NCBI GenBank assembly: GCA_017405785.1
Contig: JAFQZR010000024.1
Location: forward strand, 14,750 to 78,749
Origin: Erysipelotrichaceae bacterium
GTDB taxonomy: Bacteria; Bacillota_I; Bacilli_A; Erysipelotrichales; Erysipelotrichaceae
Direction of reading: 5' to 3'
DNA length: 64,000 nucleotides
Part shown: in pieces, positions 9,801-19,518 of the stretch
Position numbering within the stretch: position 1 is the stretch's first letter
Layout of the letters: every line of letters begins with the position of its first letter
Translations under genes and position numbers: made by a program
The notes under the pieces: generated by a model
Database searches by the model: none
What the model was told of the DNA's origin: nothing
The model's input: only the letters and a program-made list of their open reading frames with translations

Positions 9801-11637
9801 AGTCTTCCCACTCCTTCATCATTCTGTTTATCTCGTTATGCTTCTCATCGATCATGTTCTCCAGTTCATCCATCTTGGAATTGTCATGATAGTATTCCGG
9901 ATCATAACGTAATTCTCTTAATTCTTCCAGTTCCTTTTCAGCCTTGGCAATCTTCTTTTCCAGCTGCACTGCCCTTTTGGCATTGTCACGCTGCACTTTG
10001 GCACTGGAAACAGGTTCTTCCTTTTTCTCACTGACAGTAACGGTCACAGTCTTGCCGCTTATCTTTTCCTGATATTCATCGTAACCGTAAGGATAGTACC
10101 GGGTATCCTGCCCTTCAATTCGTAATATGGCCGTAGCCAGCTTACGCACGAAATAACGGTCATGGGACACAAATATCAGTGTTCCCGTGTACCGTAATAA
10201 GGCATCTTCCAGAGCTTCCTTGCCCATGATGTCCAGATGGTTGGTAGGCTCGTCAAGTATTAACAGGTTGCTGCCTGACAGCATCAGTTTGGCCAGCGAC
10301 AGTCTGACCTTTTCACCACCGGATAAGACCCTGCAGCTTTTGAAGACATCATCAGCTGTGAACATGAACTGCCCTAGGATCTTTCTGATGGCAGTATGGT
10401 CATATTCCGGATACTGATTCCATATTTCTTCCAGCACGGTATTGTCAGTAGTAAACTCTGCCAATGTCTGATCAAAGTAACCCGGTTCGATCTGATGGCC
10501 GTACATGTATTCCCCACCCAGAGGTTCAACCTGTCCCATCAGGGTCTTAAGCAGAGTACTCTTTCCCAAGCCGTTAGGGCCGATTACAGCGAGTTTCCGT
10601 CCGTTTCTGATCTGGAAGTCGACCGTACATAAAGGCATGTCATAGCCGATGGTAAGCCCTTCTGCCGTCAGTACCGTTGCGCCGCCCTTGATGCGAGGCT
10701 CAAAGTGCAGTTTGAAGTTACGTCCGTCTTCACGCGGCTTTTCTATGATCTGCATTCTTTCCAGATATTTGATCTTGCTCTGGGCAAAGGCTGCTTTGTT
10801 CTTCTTGTAGCGGAACTTTTCAATCAGAGCGCTCAGTCTTGTGATCTCTTCCTGCTGACGGCGGTAAGCCGACTGCTGCAGCAGGAAAGACTGCTGTTTC
10901 TGCTGCATGTAAGAAGTATAGTTACCGGTATAATGATTAAGTTTACCGAATTCAAACTCATATATCTCCGAAGCGATCCTGTCAATGAACATACGGTCAT
11001 GGGACACGATGATGATGGCACTTGGATACTTCTGCAGATAGCCTTCCAGCCATTCAATGGTGGTTACATCCAGATGGTTGGTCGGTTCATCCAGCAGCAG
11101 CAGATCAGGTTTCTGTAACAACAGCTTGACAAAGGCTATCTTGGTTTTCTGACCGCCGGAGAATGTATTCAGCGGTCTTTCCAGATCTTCAGTGCTGAAA
11201 CCGAATCTGGTAAACAGCGTGATCTGTTCCTGATTGTAGTTATAACCGTTACCGGCTTCAAAGATCTGCTGGTAATGGGAATAAAGTTCAAAGGTTTCCT
11301 CGTCATATTCCTTCTCCAGTTTGGCCGACAGTTCTTCCATGCGGCTTCTGGCTTCCAGAATATGGCTGTAGGTCTTATTGAATTCCTGCTGGACAGTCAG
11401 ACTCTCATCTTCAAAGGCAGTCTGAGACAGATAGCCGATGGACATGTTGCTGTTGCGGGTAACAGTCCCCTTATCCAACGCTAAAAGACCACTTATGATC
11501 TTTAACAAAGTAGTCTTTCCGCAGCCGTTTCGGCCTATTATAGCTATTTTTCTGCCTTCTTTTATTTCAAAGTTAATGTCTTCAAACAGTACTTCACCGG
11601 CAAAGTCCTTCGTACCGCCGCTGACCTGAACCAGCAT
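9790..11637 (-). CDS. ABC-F family ATPase (Uup/YfmR-like, two NBDs, no TM domain, C-terminal coiled coil)
   Basis: Two Walker A motifs (GRNGCGKTT, GPNGLGKST) and two signatures (FSGGQKTK, LSGGEKVR). The C-terminal tail is Lys/Glu-rich. Confidence 0.9.
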   Translation of the reverse strand: MLVQVSGGTKDFAGEVLFEDINFEIKEGRKIAIIGRNGCGKTTLLKIISGLLALDKGTVTRNSNMSIGYLSQTAFEDESLTVQQEFNKTYSHILEARSRMEELSAKLEKEYDEETFELYSHYQQIFEAGNGYNYNQEQITLFTRFGFSTEDLERPLNTFSGGQKTKIAFVKLLLQKPDLLLLDEPTNHLDVTTIEWLEGYLQKYPSAIIIVSHDRMFIDRIASEIYEFEFGKLNHYTGNYTSYMQQKQQSFLLQQSAYRRQQEEITRLSALIEKFRYKKNKAAFAQSKIKYLERMQIIEKPREDGRNFKLHFEPRIKGGATVLTAEGLTIGYDMPLCTVDFQIRNGRKLAVIGPNGLGKSTLLKTLMGQVEPLGGEYMYGHQIEPGYFDQTLAEFTTDNTVLEEIWNQYPEYDHTAIRKILGQFMFTADDVFKSCRVLSGGEKVRLSLAKLMLSGSNLLILDEPTNHLDIMGKEALEDALLRYTGTLIFVSHDRYFVRKLATAILRIEGQDTRYYPYGYDEYQEKISGKTVTVTVSEKKEEPVSSAKVQRDNAKRAVQLEKKIAKAEKELEELRELRYDPEYYHDNSKMDELENMIDEKHNEINRMMKEWEDCAS

Positions 11638-11648
11638 AAATACTCCTT

Positions 11649-12944
11649 TTACTGGCCGTTAAGGTAGTTGATGTATCCTTTCGTTATGGCTTCCGCAACC
11701 TTATCCTTATGCTCGTCCCACTTCTGCATGGAAGCACTGCTCCAGATGTTGGAGGTGACGATCTTGACGGTGTTGATACCGTGGATATTATTGGAAGCGA
11801 AGGAGGCATTCATCTGAGATATCTCGGAATATGTTCCGGCACCCAGTACCTTTCCGCCCGTTTCTCTTATTTCATAAGCCTCATCGACAGGACCGGCTAA
11901 ACCATCGGTTTCCTTATATGACTGGGTCAGTTCATCACCTTCGTAAAGGCCGATCTCCACCAGTTCCATATATATGCTTCTGGCCAGCTTGCCGCTGCAG
12001 TATGAGGAATAAACAGTTTCGATATAGTTATCATCAGTTGTCATGTCAAGATAGATGATGTACTTGACGTTGGATCTGTAAGCCTTGTATGCCACACCGC
12101 CGGTACCGTAGTACAGGATGTTCTGATTGTATTCGTCCTTGAGCATCAGAACCTTGAGGTCATAGGCTTCCAGATTCTGTTTCAGCTTTTCAGCGACATC
12201 CCAGAGTTCCTTGGCTTCAACATAACCGTTATACTCTTCACCTACCAGGGATACACCTTCCATGGTCAGAGCCGGAGCGGTTACGATGGCAACATCGTAA
12301 TCAATGTCGGTGGTCGGGTCAACACTCTCTGAGGTGACATTGAGATACAGATAAGCCCGGTCAAGTACTGATTCTTCTGCGCCTTCGGCATCAAACAGTT
12401 TCTTGTTGGCAATCAGCTCAACAGTGTTGCGCTTGCCGTTACGGGTAACTGAATGAACGACGTTGTCGGTATAGATCGACTTGTCGAAGTACAATCTGCT
12501 GTAAACACCGTCTTCTGTCACTGTATAGACAGCATAGAAACCAGGTTTCAGAGATCCGATATCGATCTGGCTGTCAACTTCCCTGGAGATGGCGATCTTT
12601 GTCTCTGCACCACTGCACATATCAATCAGGGCTACGGTTCTGCCGTCCAGAGTCTTGTCCGAACTCATTTCACGGTTATAGGAATCAAAGTACAGGTTAA
12701 GGGACTCGCCATAGAAGTTGTAGTCCTTCAGCATCAGTGCATTCTGTCTGTCTTCCTTGGCCACCAAAGCCAGCGTCTTCTTGGCGCTGAGATTGCACAG
12801 GGTGTAGATGTTATCATCCTTCTTGTTGTCCTTGCCGCCGAATAACAGATGTACCAGCAGAGACAGTATCAGATAGAGTATCAGTAATGCCAGTATTACC
12901 AGCGGTATGAGTCTGTCATATCTTATTTTCCTCTTTTTTGCCAT
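11649..12944 (-). CDS. Membrane-anchored hypothetical protein; C-terminal part resembles a degenerate Amidase_3 (MurNAc-L-Ala amidase) fold
   Basis: 431 aa with an N-terminal TM helix (LIPLVILALLILYLILSLLV). The C-terminal pattern VKIVTSNIWSSASMQKW...VAEAITKGYINYL is like the end of Amidase_3 domains, but the catalytic His/Glu positions are not evident. Confidence 0.6.
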   Translation of the reverse strand: MAKKRKIRYDRLIPLVILALLILYLILSLLVHLLFGGKDNKKDDNIYTLCNLSAKKTLALVAKEDRQNALMLKDYNFYGESLNLYFDSYNREMSSDKTLDGRTVALIDMCSGAETKIAISREVDSQIDIGSLKPGFYAVYTVTEDGVYSRLYFDKSIYTDNVVHSVTRNGKRNTVELIANKKLFDAEGAEESVLDRAYLYLNVTSESVDPTTDIDYDVAIVTAPALTMEGVSLVGEEYNGYVEAKELWDVAEKLKQNLEAYDLKVLMLKDEYNQNILYYGTGGVAYKAYRSNVKYIIYLDMTTDDNYIETVYSSYCSGKLARSIYMELVEIGLYEGDELTQSYKETDGLAGPVDEAYEIRETGGKVLGAGTYSEISQMNASFASNNIHGINTVKIVTSNIWSSASMQKWDEHKDKVAEAITKGYINYLNGQ

Positions 12945-13114
12945 GACAAAACACCTCCAGATATTTCTTTATATAATTATACAACAATTTACACTCTGTT
13001 AGTGAAACAATTTACATTACGTTTTCCTTAATATCATCAGTTTTACATCACTCGACCACAGGTCGTTTGATTTACTCTGAAGCAATAACCTATAATACAG
13101 TTGGAGGTGCTGTT

Positions 13115-13828
13115 ATGAACCCTGAACAGTTTGGCCGATTTCTCTATCTGCAGCGCAAAGCCAAGGGTCTGACTCAGAATGAACTGGCTGAAAAGATTCA
13201 TGTCACGCCTTCAGCCATCAGTAAATGGGAAAGAGGACTGTGTCTGCCTGAGATGACAAAACTCAGCGATCTGGCCAAGGCACTTGATCTGTCACTGGTT
13301 GAACTGATCGACTGTAAAAAGAAAACAGAACCTTATACTGCCCAGCAGATCGACAGAACCATAGATACTGCCATAACAATATCTTCGTCACAGAGAACAA
13401 AAAACCTTCTCTTTGCCCTTGCAGGATTCCGGTTTGTCTGCCTGATATTGTACGCCCGGATAATCGGTTATAACTACAACCTCAGACCTTTGCGCATTTA
13501 CTACGGTTATTCCGAGATTCATGATAAAGAAGAAATTGAAGAAGCATACCGACTTGTCCAGACAGATTTTGTTTCCATGCAGCGGAATGGCTGCAGGCTT
13601 CTGGAGCTTGATTATGCAGGTGATGAAATATCTCAGAGAGATCTTCAAGAATATAATTCATATCATGATGGAGAGCCTTATACGGACTGCATAACTGTGA
13701 AAACAAAGTTTCTTTCCCCGCTTAAGGGAGGAGGAGCCTGGAGCAGACACACATTATATGGATGGTCATGGATAGTAATAAAGGATTCTTCGGGTGTATG
13801 GAGAGTCCTGACCAGAGGATACGGATAA
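13115..13828 (+). CDS. XRE-family HTH transcriptional regulator with a TM segment and an uncharacterised C-terminal domain
   Basis: HTH region LTQNELAEKIHVTPSAISKWERG and a mid-protein TM helix (LLFALAGFRFVCLILYARII). Start moved to ATG 13115 (GGAGG 7 nt upstream) from TTG 13067. Confidence 0.8.
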   Translation: MNPEQFGRFLYLQRKAKGLTQNELAEKIHVTPSAISKWERGLCLPEMTKLSDLAKALDLSLVELIDCKKKTEPYTAQQIDRTIDTAITISSSQRTKNLLFALAGFRFVCLILYARIIGYNYNLRPLRIYYGYSEIHDKEEIEEAYRLVQTDFVSMQRNGCRLLELDYAGDEISQRDLQEYNSYHDGEPYTDCITVKTKFLSPLKGGGAWSRHTLYGWSWIVIKDSSGVWRVLTRGYG

Positions 13829-13866
13829 CAGACCCGGGAAATGTACTAAATCTCAATAACAATCAT

Positions 13867-13905
13867 AAAGACTGAACATGTATATATTGCTCAGTCTTTG
13901 TTTTT
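13867..13905 (+). terminator. Intrinsic terminator of the XRE-family gene
   Basis: aaagactga (9 bp stem), 15 nt loop, tcagtcttt, then gttttt. Confidence 0.7.
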
Positions 13906-14191
13906 GATACAATTCTGGAAGCATGTAACTTTACGTATTCTTTAATAGAATATTTTTTCTGGTTTTACCCCTTTTCAACTCACGTACATCAGACTGATAA
14001 CTTCCATATCTTGACGGAAACGCCAATGACTTCTATGCCAATCTGATTACACTAGCTGTTAACCATTTTATAATCTTCATTTTTCATACGTCCTCTTTTC
14101 ACTTCTTGATTATTTTACAGATATACAAATAAAACCGTTATCGCCAATGGATGGTCATGTAAGGGAGTTAAAGAAACCATTCATCGGCAAA

Positions 14192-14240
14192 AAAAGACAG
14201 AGTACTGTGTGTTAAATCACAAATACTCAGTCTTTTTTTT
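14192..14240 (-). terminator. Intrinsic terminator downstream of asnS (imperfect hairpin, runs on both sides)
   Basis: aaagacagagtac / atactcagtcttt pair at 11 of 13 positions, flanked by an A-run (14189-14195) and a T8 run (14233-14240). Confidence 0.55.
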
Positions 14241-14255
14241 ATTGATAAAGTTTTT

Positions 14256-15638
14256 TTAGAAATCCAGGTTTCTCGGTGTTCTCGGATAGGACAGAACGTC
14301 TCTGATGTTCTCCATGCCTGTGATGTACATTAACAGTCTTTCAAAACCGACACCGAAGCCGGCATGCTTGCAGCAGCCGTACTTTCTCAAATCGAGATAC
14401 CACTGTAATGACTCTACAGGAATATGCATTTCATGCATTCTGTCAAGCAGGACATCGTATCTTTCCTCTCTCTGAGAACCGCCGCACAGTTCGCCTACCA
14501 CCGGCATTAACAGGTCGGTAGCCGCAACTGTCTTGTTATCGTCATTGAGTCTCATGTAGAAGGCCTTGGTTTCCTTAGGATAGTTCATAACGAAGACAGG
14601 ACCCTTGCAGATCTCATCGGTAAGATACTTTTCATGTTCTGTCTGGATGTCCATGCCCCAGTAAACCTTGTTTTCAAATCTTTCCTCAACGGCTTTCAGT
14701 CTCTCAACTGCTTCGGTGTATTCCATTCTGACAAACGGTGTATCCAGAACGTGCTGCAGTCTTTCAATCAGGGTCTTGTCGATCATCTGGTTGAAGAACT
14801 TCATTTCTTCCGGGCAGTTGTCAAAGACATAACCGATGCAGAACTTTACCATGTCTTCCATCAGGTTCATGTCATCTTCCAAATCAGCGAAGGCGATCTC
14901 CGGTTCGCACATCCAGAATTCGTTGGCATGCTTCTTGGTGTTGGAGTTCTCCGCACGGAAAGTAGGACCGAATGTGTAAACATCTCTGAAGGCTAAGGCA
15001 TAGGCTTCAACATGCAGCTGGCCTGATACGGTCAGAGAAGCATGCTTGCCGAAGAAGTCCTCGTCGTACTTATTGTCTTCTCTGGTGGTTACGGTAAAGA
15101 CCTCACCTGCTCCTTCAGCGTCGTTGCCGGTAATGATCGGTGTATGTACATAGACGAAACCCTGATCCTGGAAGAATTCATGCAGAGCCATGGCCAGAAC
15201 GCTTCTGACTCTGAAAACGGCTGAGAAAGTGTTGGTGCGTGGTCTTAAATGAGCGATCTCTCTGAGATACTCAAAGGAGTGACGCTTTTTCTGCAGCGGA
15301 TAATCAGCCGTGCAGATACCTTCTACAGTTGCCTCAGTCAGTTCCAGCTCAAAAGGCTGCTGCATTTCCGGAGTCAGCTTGAACTTGCCCGTGACAGTCA
15401 GGGCAGCACCGGTAAGACACTTGGCTATTTCATCAAAGTTAGGCAGCTCCGGGGTATAGACCAGCTGGCAGTTCTTGAAATAGGTTCCGTCATTAAGGGC
15501 AATGAAACCTACCGAACCGTTATTGCGGTTGGTTCTTACCCAGCCCTGCAGCTGAACGTACTCAATGCCGTCCAGATGCATGGTGTCCTTGGCGTTTACC
15601 ATTTCATAAAGCTCTCTGATTGTCATAAAATCGAACAT
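14256..15638 (-). CDS. asnS: Asparagine--tRNA ligase
   Basis: Class IIb motifs [31 protein letters not shown] and [12 protein letters not shown]. Start set at [10 protein letters not shown] (ATG 15638, AAAGGAG upstream), because the longer ORF would run into the T-box terminator. Confidence 0.9.
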   Translation of the reverse strand: MFDFMTIRELYEMVNAKDTMHLDGIEYVQLQGWVRTNRNNGSVGFIALNDGTYFKNCQLVYTPELPNFDEIAKCLTGAALTVTGKFKLTPEMQQPFELELTEATVEGICTADYPLQKKRHSFEYLREIAHLRPRTNTFSAVFRVRSVLAMALHEFFQDQGFVYVHTPIITGNDAEGAGEVFTVTTREDNKYDEDFFGKHASLTVSGQLHVEAYALAFRDVYTFGPTFRAENSNTKKHANEFWMCEPEIAFADLEDDMNLMEDMVKFCIGYVFDNCPEEMKFFNQMIDKTLIERLQHVLDTPFVRMEYTEAVERLKAVEERFENKVYWGMDIQTEHEKYLTDEICKGPVFVMNYPKETKAFYMRLNDDNKTVAATDLLMPVVGELCGGSQREERYDVLLDRMHEMHIPVESLQWYLDLRKYGCCKHAGFGVGFERLLMYITGMENIRDVLSYPRTPRNLDF

Positions 15639-15661
15639 ATTCTCTTTCTCCTTTTCTCTCT

Positions 15662-15862
15662 TAAACAAATAAAACGCTCCGCTAAGGAGCGTCATCAACG
15701 CGGTACCATCCTCTTTTGGTCTCTGTCAGTTAACGCCTGTGTACGGGACTGTCTACTGTTATTTCTCCAGTCCGGCTCCCGGAATGTTCCAATTTATCTG
15801 TTCCCCGGAATGCTCTCACCTTTCATTCCTCTCTGTATGGTCTCCCTGATAAATCAGTTCCC
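15662..15862 (-). promoter_or_regulatory. T-box riboswitch leader of asnS (Asn specifier likely)
   Basis: Read on the minus strand. T-box sequence GGATGGTACCGCG (15711-15699). Terminator ACGCTCC, 5 nt loop, GGAGCGT plus U-run (15692-15674). Stem I motifs AGAGAG and GGTGAGAG (15807-15840). AAC followed by A occurs at 15788-15786 and at 15802-15800. Confidence 0.8.
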
Positions 15863-15865
15863 GTT

Positions 15866-16504
15866 CTATGCCTTTTTAAGTTTGCTGATAGTATTGGTCT
15901 CAAACACCAGTTCCTGGATATTTGAAACTACGTCAATTTCCTTCAATAACATTCCCTTAGGAACCTTGAAGTGCGTATGCGTGAAGTCGATCAGTCCGAC
16001 TACTCCGCAGCTGGCTAATCTGTCGACGATGTTCTGCACATCTGTTGAAGCGGTAAGGATCGCTATGCGGCAATCCTGAGGAATCCTTTTTTCCAGCTCA
16101 TCTATATGATACACCGGAACATTCTGGATTTCACCCATCAAATTAGGGTTCTTGTCAAAGGCCATGACTATTTCACCTACAACATAATCCCATCTGTTGT
16201 AATTTAACAGTGCATGCCCGAGATTCCCTACTCCGATAAGAATGATCTTCTCATCAAAGCCGGTTCCCAACTTTTCATTGAAAACCTTAATCAGTTTATC
16301 AACGTCGTAGCCATAACCCTGCTTGCCCAGACAGCCTATGAATGACATGTCTCTGCGTATTGTCGTAGAAGCTATGTCAACCAGATCAGAAAGCTCTGAA
16401 GAGAGCACTTTTCTGACACCTTGTGACTGCAGTTTTCTTAAGGCTTTGAGATATATCGGATAACGTTGTGTTGTCGCTTTTGGAACTACTTTATACTTTT
16501 GCAT
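15866..16504 (-). CDS. rex: Redox-sensing transcriptional repressor Rex
   Basis: N-terminal winged helix (ATTQRYPIYLKALRKL...SSELSDLVDIASTTIRRD) and Rossmann motif LIGVGNLGHALLNY. Confidence 0.9.
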   Translation of the reverse strand: MQKYKVVPKATTQRYPIYLKALRKLQSQGVRKVLSSELSDLVDIASTTIRRDMSFIGCLGKQGYGYDVDKLIKVFNEKLGTGFDEKIILIGVGNLGHALLNYNRWDYVVGEIVMAFDKNPNLMGEIQNVPVYHIDELEKRIPQDCRIAILTASTDVQNIVDRLASCGVVGLIDFTHTHFKVPKGMLLKEIDVVSNIQELVFETNTISKLKKA

Positions 16505-16559
16505 ACAAACACCACCTAAGTCCTATTTTATCACTTTTTAAAGGATTTCTACTACTTTT

Positions 16560-17564
16560 TTACATTTCAAGTGAAGAACTTGCCTCAATATCCAGATCAG
16601 CGGTTATTCCCTTCATATACGCAATATAACCGCTTGCCCCGATCATGGCAGCATTGTCCGTACAGTATGACAGCGGGGGAATGATATAGGTCATGTCAGG
16701 ATATTTCTTCATTTCCTTTTCTGTGATTTCTCTTAAACGGGAGTTGGCTGCCACTCCTCCTGCCAGGATCAGCTGTCTGACATCGTACTGCTGTAAAGCC
16801 AGTTCAACTCTTGACCAAAGCACTTTCAGAGCTGCTTCCTGGAATGATGCGCACATGTCAGGAACATTTACTTCTTCACCGTTTCTCTCTATTCTCTTAA
16901 GGCTCTGCAAGACAGCACTCTTAAGACCGGAGAATGAGAAATCCAATGGATTATCGGTATGGATCCTTGGCAGCTGATAACGCGGTGTACCCTGCTTGGC
17001 CAGTCTGTCAATGACCGGTCCTCCCGGATAGCCAAGGCCCAGAACACGGGCAACCTTGTCATAGGCTTCCCCTACCGCATCATCCTGTGTTGTGCCGATG
17101 ACTTCAAAGTCATAGTCTTCTTTCATCAGTACCAGTTCCGTATGTCCGCCGGAAACCACCAGAGCCAGTAACGGGAACTGCAGTTCACCGACAAAAGCAT
17201 TGGCATATATGTGACCGGTCAGATGCTGAACCGGAACTAAAGGCTTGTTATAGGCCAGAGCCAGAGTCTTGGCTGCCAGAACGCCGACATGCAGCGAGCC
17301 GATCAGACCAGGGCCGACAGTGACCGCAATGGCATCGACATCCTCAACACCCATGTTGGCTTCTTCAAGCGCTTCCTTAATGATGATGGAGATATTCTCA
17401 ATGTGAATGCGGCTGGCCACTTCCGGAACGACACCGCCATAAAGAGAATGCACGTCGATCTGACTTGCAACCTTTGAGGACAGTATTTCCTTTCCGTTTC
17501 TTACTATGGCACAGGCTGTTTCATCACAGCTGGATTCCAGTGCCAGTATTACAACATCCTTCAT
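16560..17564 (-). CDS. tsaD: tRNA N6-adenosine threonylcarbamoyltransferase
   Basis: ILALESSCDETACAIV, GGHTELV and LILAGGVAANSRLR motifs of the Kae1/TsaD family. Confidence 0.95.
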   Translation of the reverse strand: MKDVVILALESSCDETACAIVRNGKEILSSKVASQIDVHSLYGGVVPEVASRIHIENISIIIKEALEEANMGVEDVDAIAVTVGPGLIGSLHVGVLAAKTLALAYNKPLVPVQHLTGHIYANAFVGELQFPLLALVVSGGHTELVLMKEDYDFEVIGTTQDDAVGEAYDKVARVLGLGYPGGPVIDRLAKQGTPRYQLPRIHTDNPLDFSFSGLKSAVLQSLKRIERNGEEVNVPDMCASFQEAALKVLWSRVELALQQYDVRQLILAGGVAANSRLREITEKEMKKYPDMTYIIPPLSYCTDNAAMIGASGYIAYMKGITADLDIEASSSLEM

Positions 17565-17565
17565 T

Positions 17566-17994
17566 TCAGATTCCTTTCATCATCCTGTAGCCGTCTTCAT
17601 CCTTGTAATAGTCCTTGCGTAAGGACACAGTGAAGAAGTCGTTTTTTTCATAAAGCCTGATGGCAGGCTGATTGGAGACTCTCACTTCCAGTGAAATGTT
17701 CTCACAGCCACGGTTGGCAGCCTGCTGCTGCATGTGATCCATCAGATGCTGACCGTATCCCTGATTACGGTAAACGGTATCTACCGCAATGTTGGCCAGT
17801 TCGGCATTTTCAAATATGATCCACAGGTCATAATAACCTATAACCGTTCCGTTATTCTCCAGTACCCACAGAGATGCATACGGATTATCGTACATTTCAT
17901 ATTCATACTGCTTTATAGTCCAGGGTACCTTAAAACTTCTTTCTTCTATTTCCAGGACCTGCTTAAGGTCACTGTGTCTCATCTTTCTGATCAT
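17566..17994 (-). CDS. rimI: Ribosomal-protein-alanine N-acetyltransferase (GNAT)
   Basis: GNAT motif A YRNQGYGQHLM. It occupies the conserved position between tsaB and tsaD. Confidence 0.85.
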   Translation of the reverse strand: MIRKMRHSDLKQVLEIEERSFKVPWTIKQYEYEMYDNPYASLWVLENNGTVIGYYDLWIIFENAELANIAVDTVYRNQGYGQHLMDHMQQQAANRGCENISLEVRVSNQPAIRLYEKNDFFTVSLRKDYYKDEDGYRMMKGI

Positions 17995-18584
17995 TTAAGA
18001 TACTCCTCACTGTCCTTCAGATAGACCGGAGCCAGAAGATCAACATTATCGACCTTTTGCCAGAAAGGTTTCAGATCGATAAAATGCTGAGCCAGATCAC
18101 CGTAGTGATCTTCTCTGTCAAACAGATGCAAGTCACCGATGACAGGATTACCCGCTTCTATGATCTCTGCCATTTCAGTATTAGGAATGACAGTATCAGC
18201 CATTAAAGCCTTTCCGTCACGGTATCTTCCCGCATAAACTCTTCTGGCACGGGCATCCATGATAACGTAAGTATCATCAAGACCGGCATAAAGCTGTAAG
18301 GTGCTTAGCGTAAAGACGTTCTTATTCATGATCGAACCAATGACCTTGACCATGGTCATGCCGATCCTGACACCGGTATAGCTGCCCGGTCCTCTGGTCA
18401 CGACCCAGTTTTCAATGTCATTGACTTCCAGTCCATGCTTTTCCAGCAGTTCTTTCACCTGCGGAATCAGATATTCGGACTGGTGCTTAAAACATTCCAG
18501 CTGAACATGATCCAGCAATTCATCATCTTTTATCAGGGCAATCAGTAAAAATCTGTGTGATGTATCTATTCCCACTGTGTACAT
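17991..18584 (-). CDS. tsaB: tRNA threonylcarbamoyladenosine biosynthesis protein TsaB
   Basis: MYTVGIDTSH... and GPGSYTGVRIG motifs, with a 4 nt overlap with rimI. Confidence 0.9.
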   Translation of the reverse strand: MYTVGIDTSHRFLLIALIKDDELLDHVQLECFKHQSEYLIPQVKELLEKHGLEVNDIENWVVTRGPGSYTGVRIGMTMVKVIGSIMNKNVFTLSTLQLYAGLDDTYVIMDARARRVYAGRYRDGKALMADTVIPNTEMAEIIEAGNPVIGDLHLFDREDHYGDLAQHFIDLKPFWQKVDNVDLLAPVYLKDSEEYLK

Positions 18585-19039
18585 ATCTGACTGATTACCT
18601 CCTCATATTTTTCGCCATGACCCTGGAAAAGCAGAGTACGGCTGTTATCGTCGTTTATCGTAAATTCAATGTTCAGCAGTTCATCAGGAAGAACATATTC
18701 GATGAACCCTGCCCATTCAATGACACAGACACCGTCACCGTCGATATAATCTTCAAAGCCCAGATCCTGAGTGATATTCTCCAGTCTGTAGGCATCGATG
18801 TGATACAGCGGCAGTCTGCCCTGGTATTCCTTCATGATGGTGAATGTCGGCGAAGTTACTCTTTTCTCAATTCCCAGACCTCTGGCCAGTCCCTGAGTGA
18901 AGGTTGTCTTGCCTGCACCCAGATCACCGCTTAAGGTGATCAGTGAACCGGCAGAAAGAATCCTGCCGATCATTTCGGCAAGACGCTGGGTCTGTAAAGG
19001 TGAATCAGTAACTACTTTCCATTCCTTCATTTCTTTCAT
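18566..19039 (-). CDS. tsaE: tRNA threonylcarbamoyladenosine biosynthesis ATPase TsaE
   Basis: Walker A LSGDLGAGKTTFTQG and the SPTFTIMKEY motif. Confidence 0.9.
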   Translation of the reverse strand: MKEMKEWKVVTDSPLQTQRLAEMIGRILSAGSLITLSGDLGAGKTTFTQGLARGLGIEKRVTSPTFTIMKEYQGRLPLYHIDAYRLENITQDLGFEDYIDGDGVCVIEWAGFIEYVLPDELLNIEFTINDDNSRTLLFQGHGEKYEEVISQICTQWE

Positions 19040-19518
19040 ACCTGACTATTATAGTCCATTAGCCAGCCGCCTTCCATCCTTAAAAGATATTTTTTTACTT
19101 CAATGTGCTGACCGTAACCGCCGATGCCGCCGTCATTGTTGATAACTCTGTGGCATGGAACTATGATCATGATCTTATTGACATGCATGGCCTGTCCGGT
19201 GGCCTGATAGCCCCTTCTGTTACCGGCCATGATGGTCAGATCCTTGTAACTGACCGTGGAACCGTAAGGAACCTGCAATAAGGCATGATAGACTCTTTTC
19301 TGGAAATCCGTACCTGTGATCTTAATCGGTACATCGAATTCCTTTCTATCTCCAGCAAAGTATTCCTTCAACTGTTTTACAGCTTCGTGGGTAATATCAT
19401 TTGCACGGTAAAACTCCTCTTCTTCAGCCAGTCTTACACCTGTTACGGCCTCTTCATCGGCCCTAATCTCCAGCAAGCCTACCGGAGACTGATAGTATTC
19501 ATTGAAAATCATCTTCAA
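19036..19518 (-). CDS. ogt: Methylated-DNA--protein-cysteine methyltransferase
   Basis: Active-site motif IIVPCHRVI. It overlaps both neighbouring genes. Confidence 0.9.
   Translation of the reverse strand: MKMIFNEYYQSPVGLLEIRADEEAVTGVRLAEEEEFYRANDITHEAVKQLKEYFAGDRKEFDVPIKITGTDFQKRVYHALLQVPYGSTVSYKDLTIMAGNRRGYQATGQAMHVNKIMIIVPCHRVINNDGGIGGYGQHIEVKKYLLRMEGGWLMDYNSQV

Noticed and set aside
9504-10034. 176 aa plus-strand ORF spanning the DUF45/ABC-F junction
   Set aside because: It is antisense to two motif-supported genes. It has no SD and no recognisable motif.
14056-14091. Short minus-strand ORF MKNEDYKMVNS* with an AGAGGA upstream
   Set aside because: It is only 11 codons long, the SD spacing is too short (3 nt), and the continuation is broken by stops in all frames. 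I treated it as part of the non-coding or decayed spacer finding.
15249-16079. 276 aa plus-strand ORF, one of the longest unassigned ORFs in the track
   Set aside because: It runs antisense across the asnS 5' end, the T-box leader and the rex 3' end. It has no SD, and its low-complexity product has no motifs. The minus-strand features fully explain the region.
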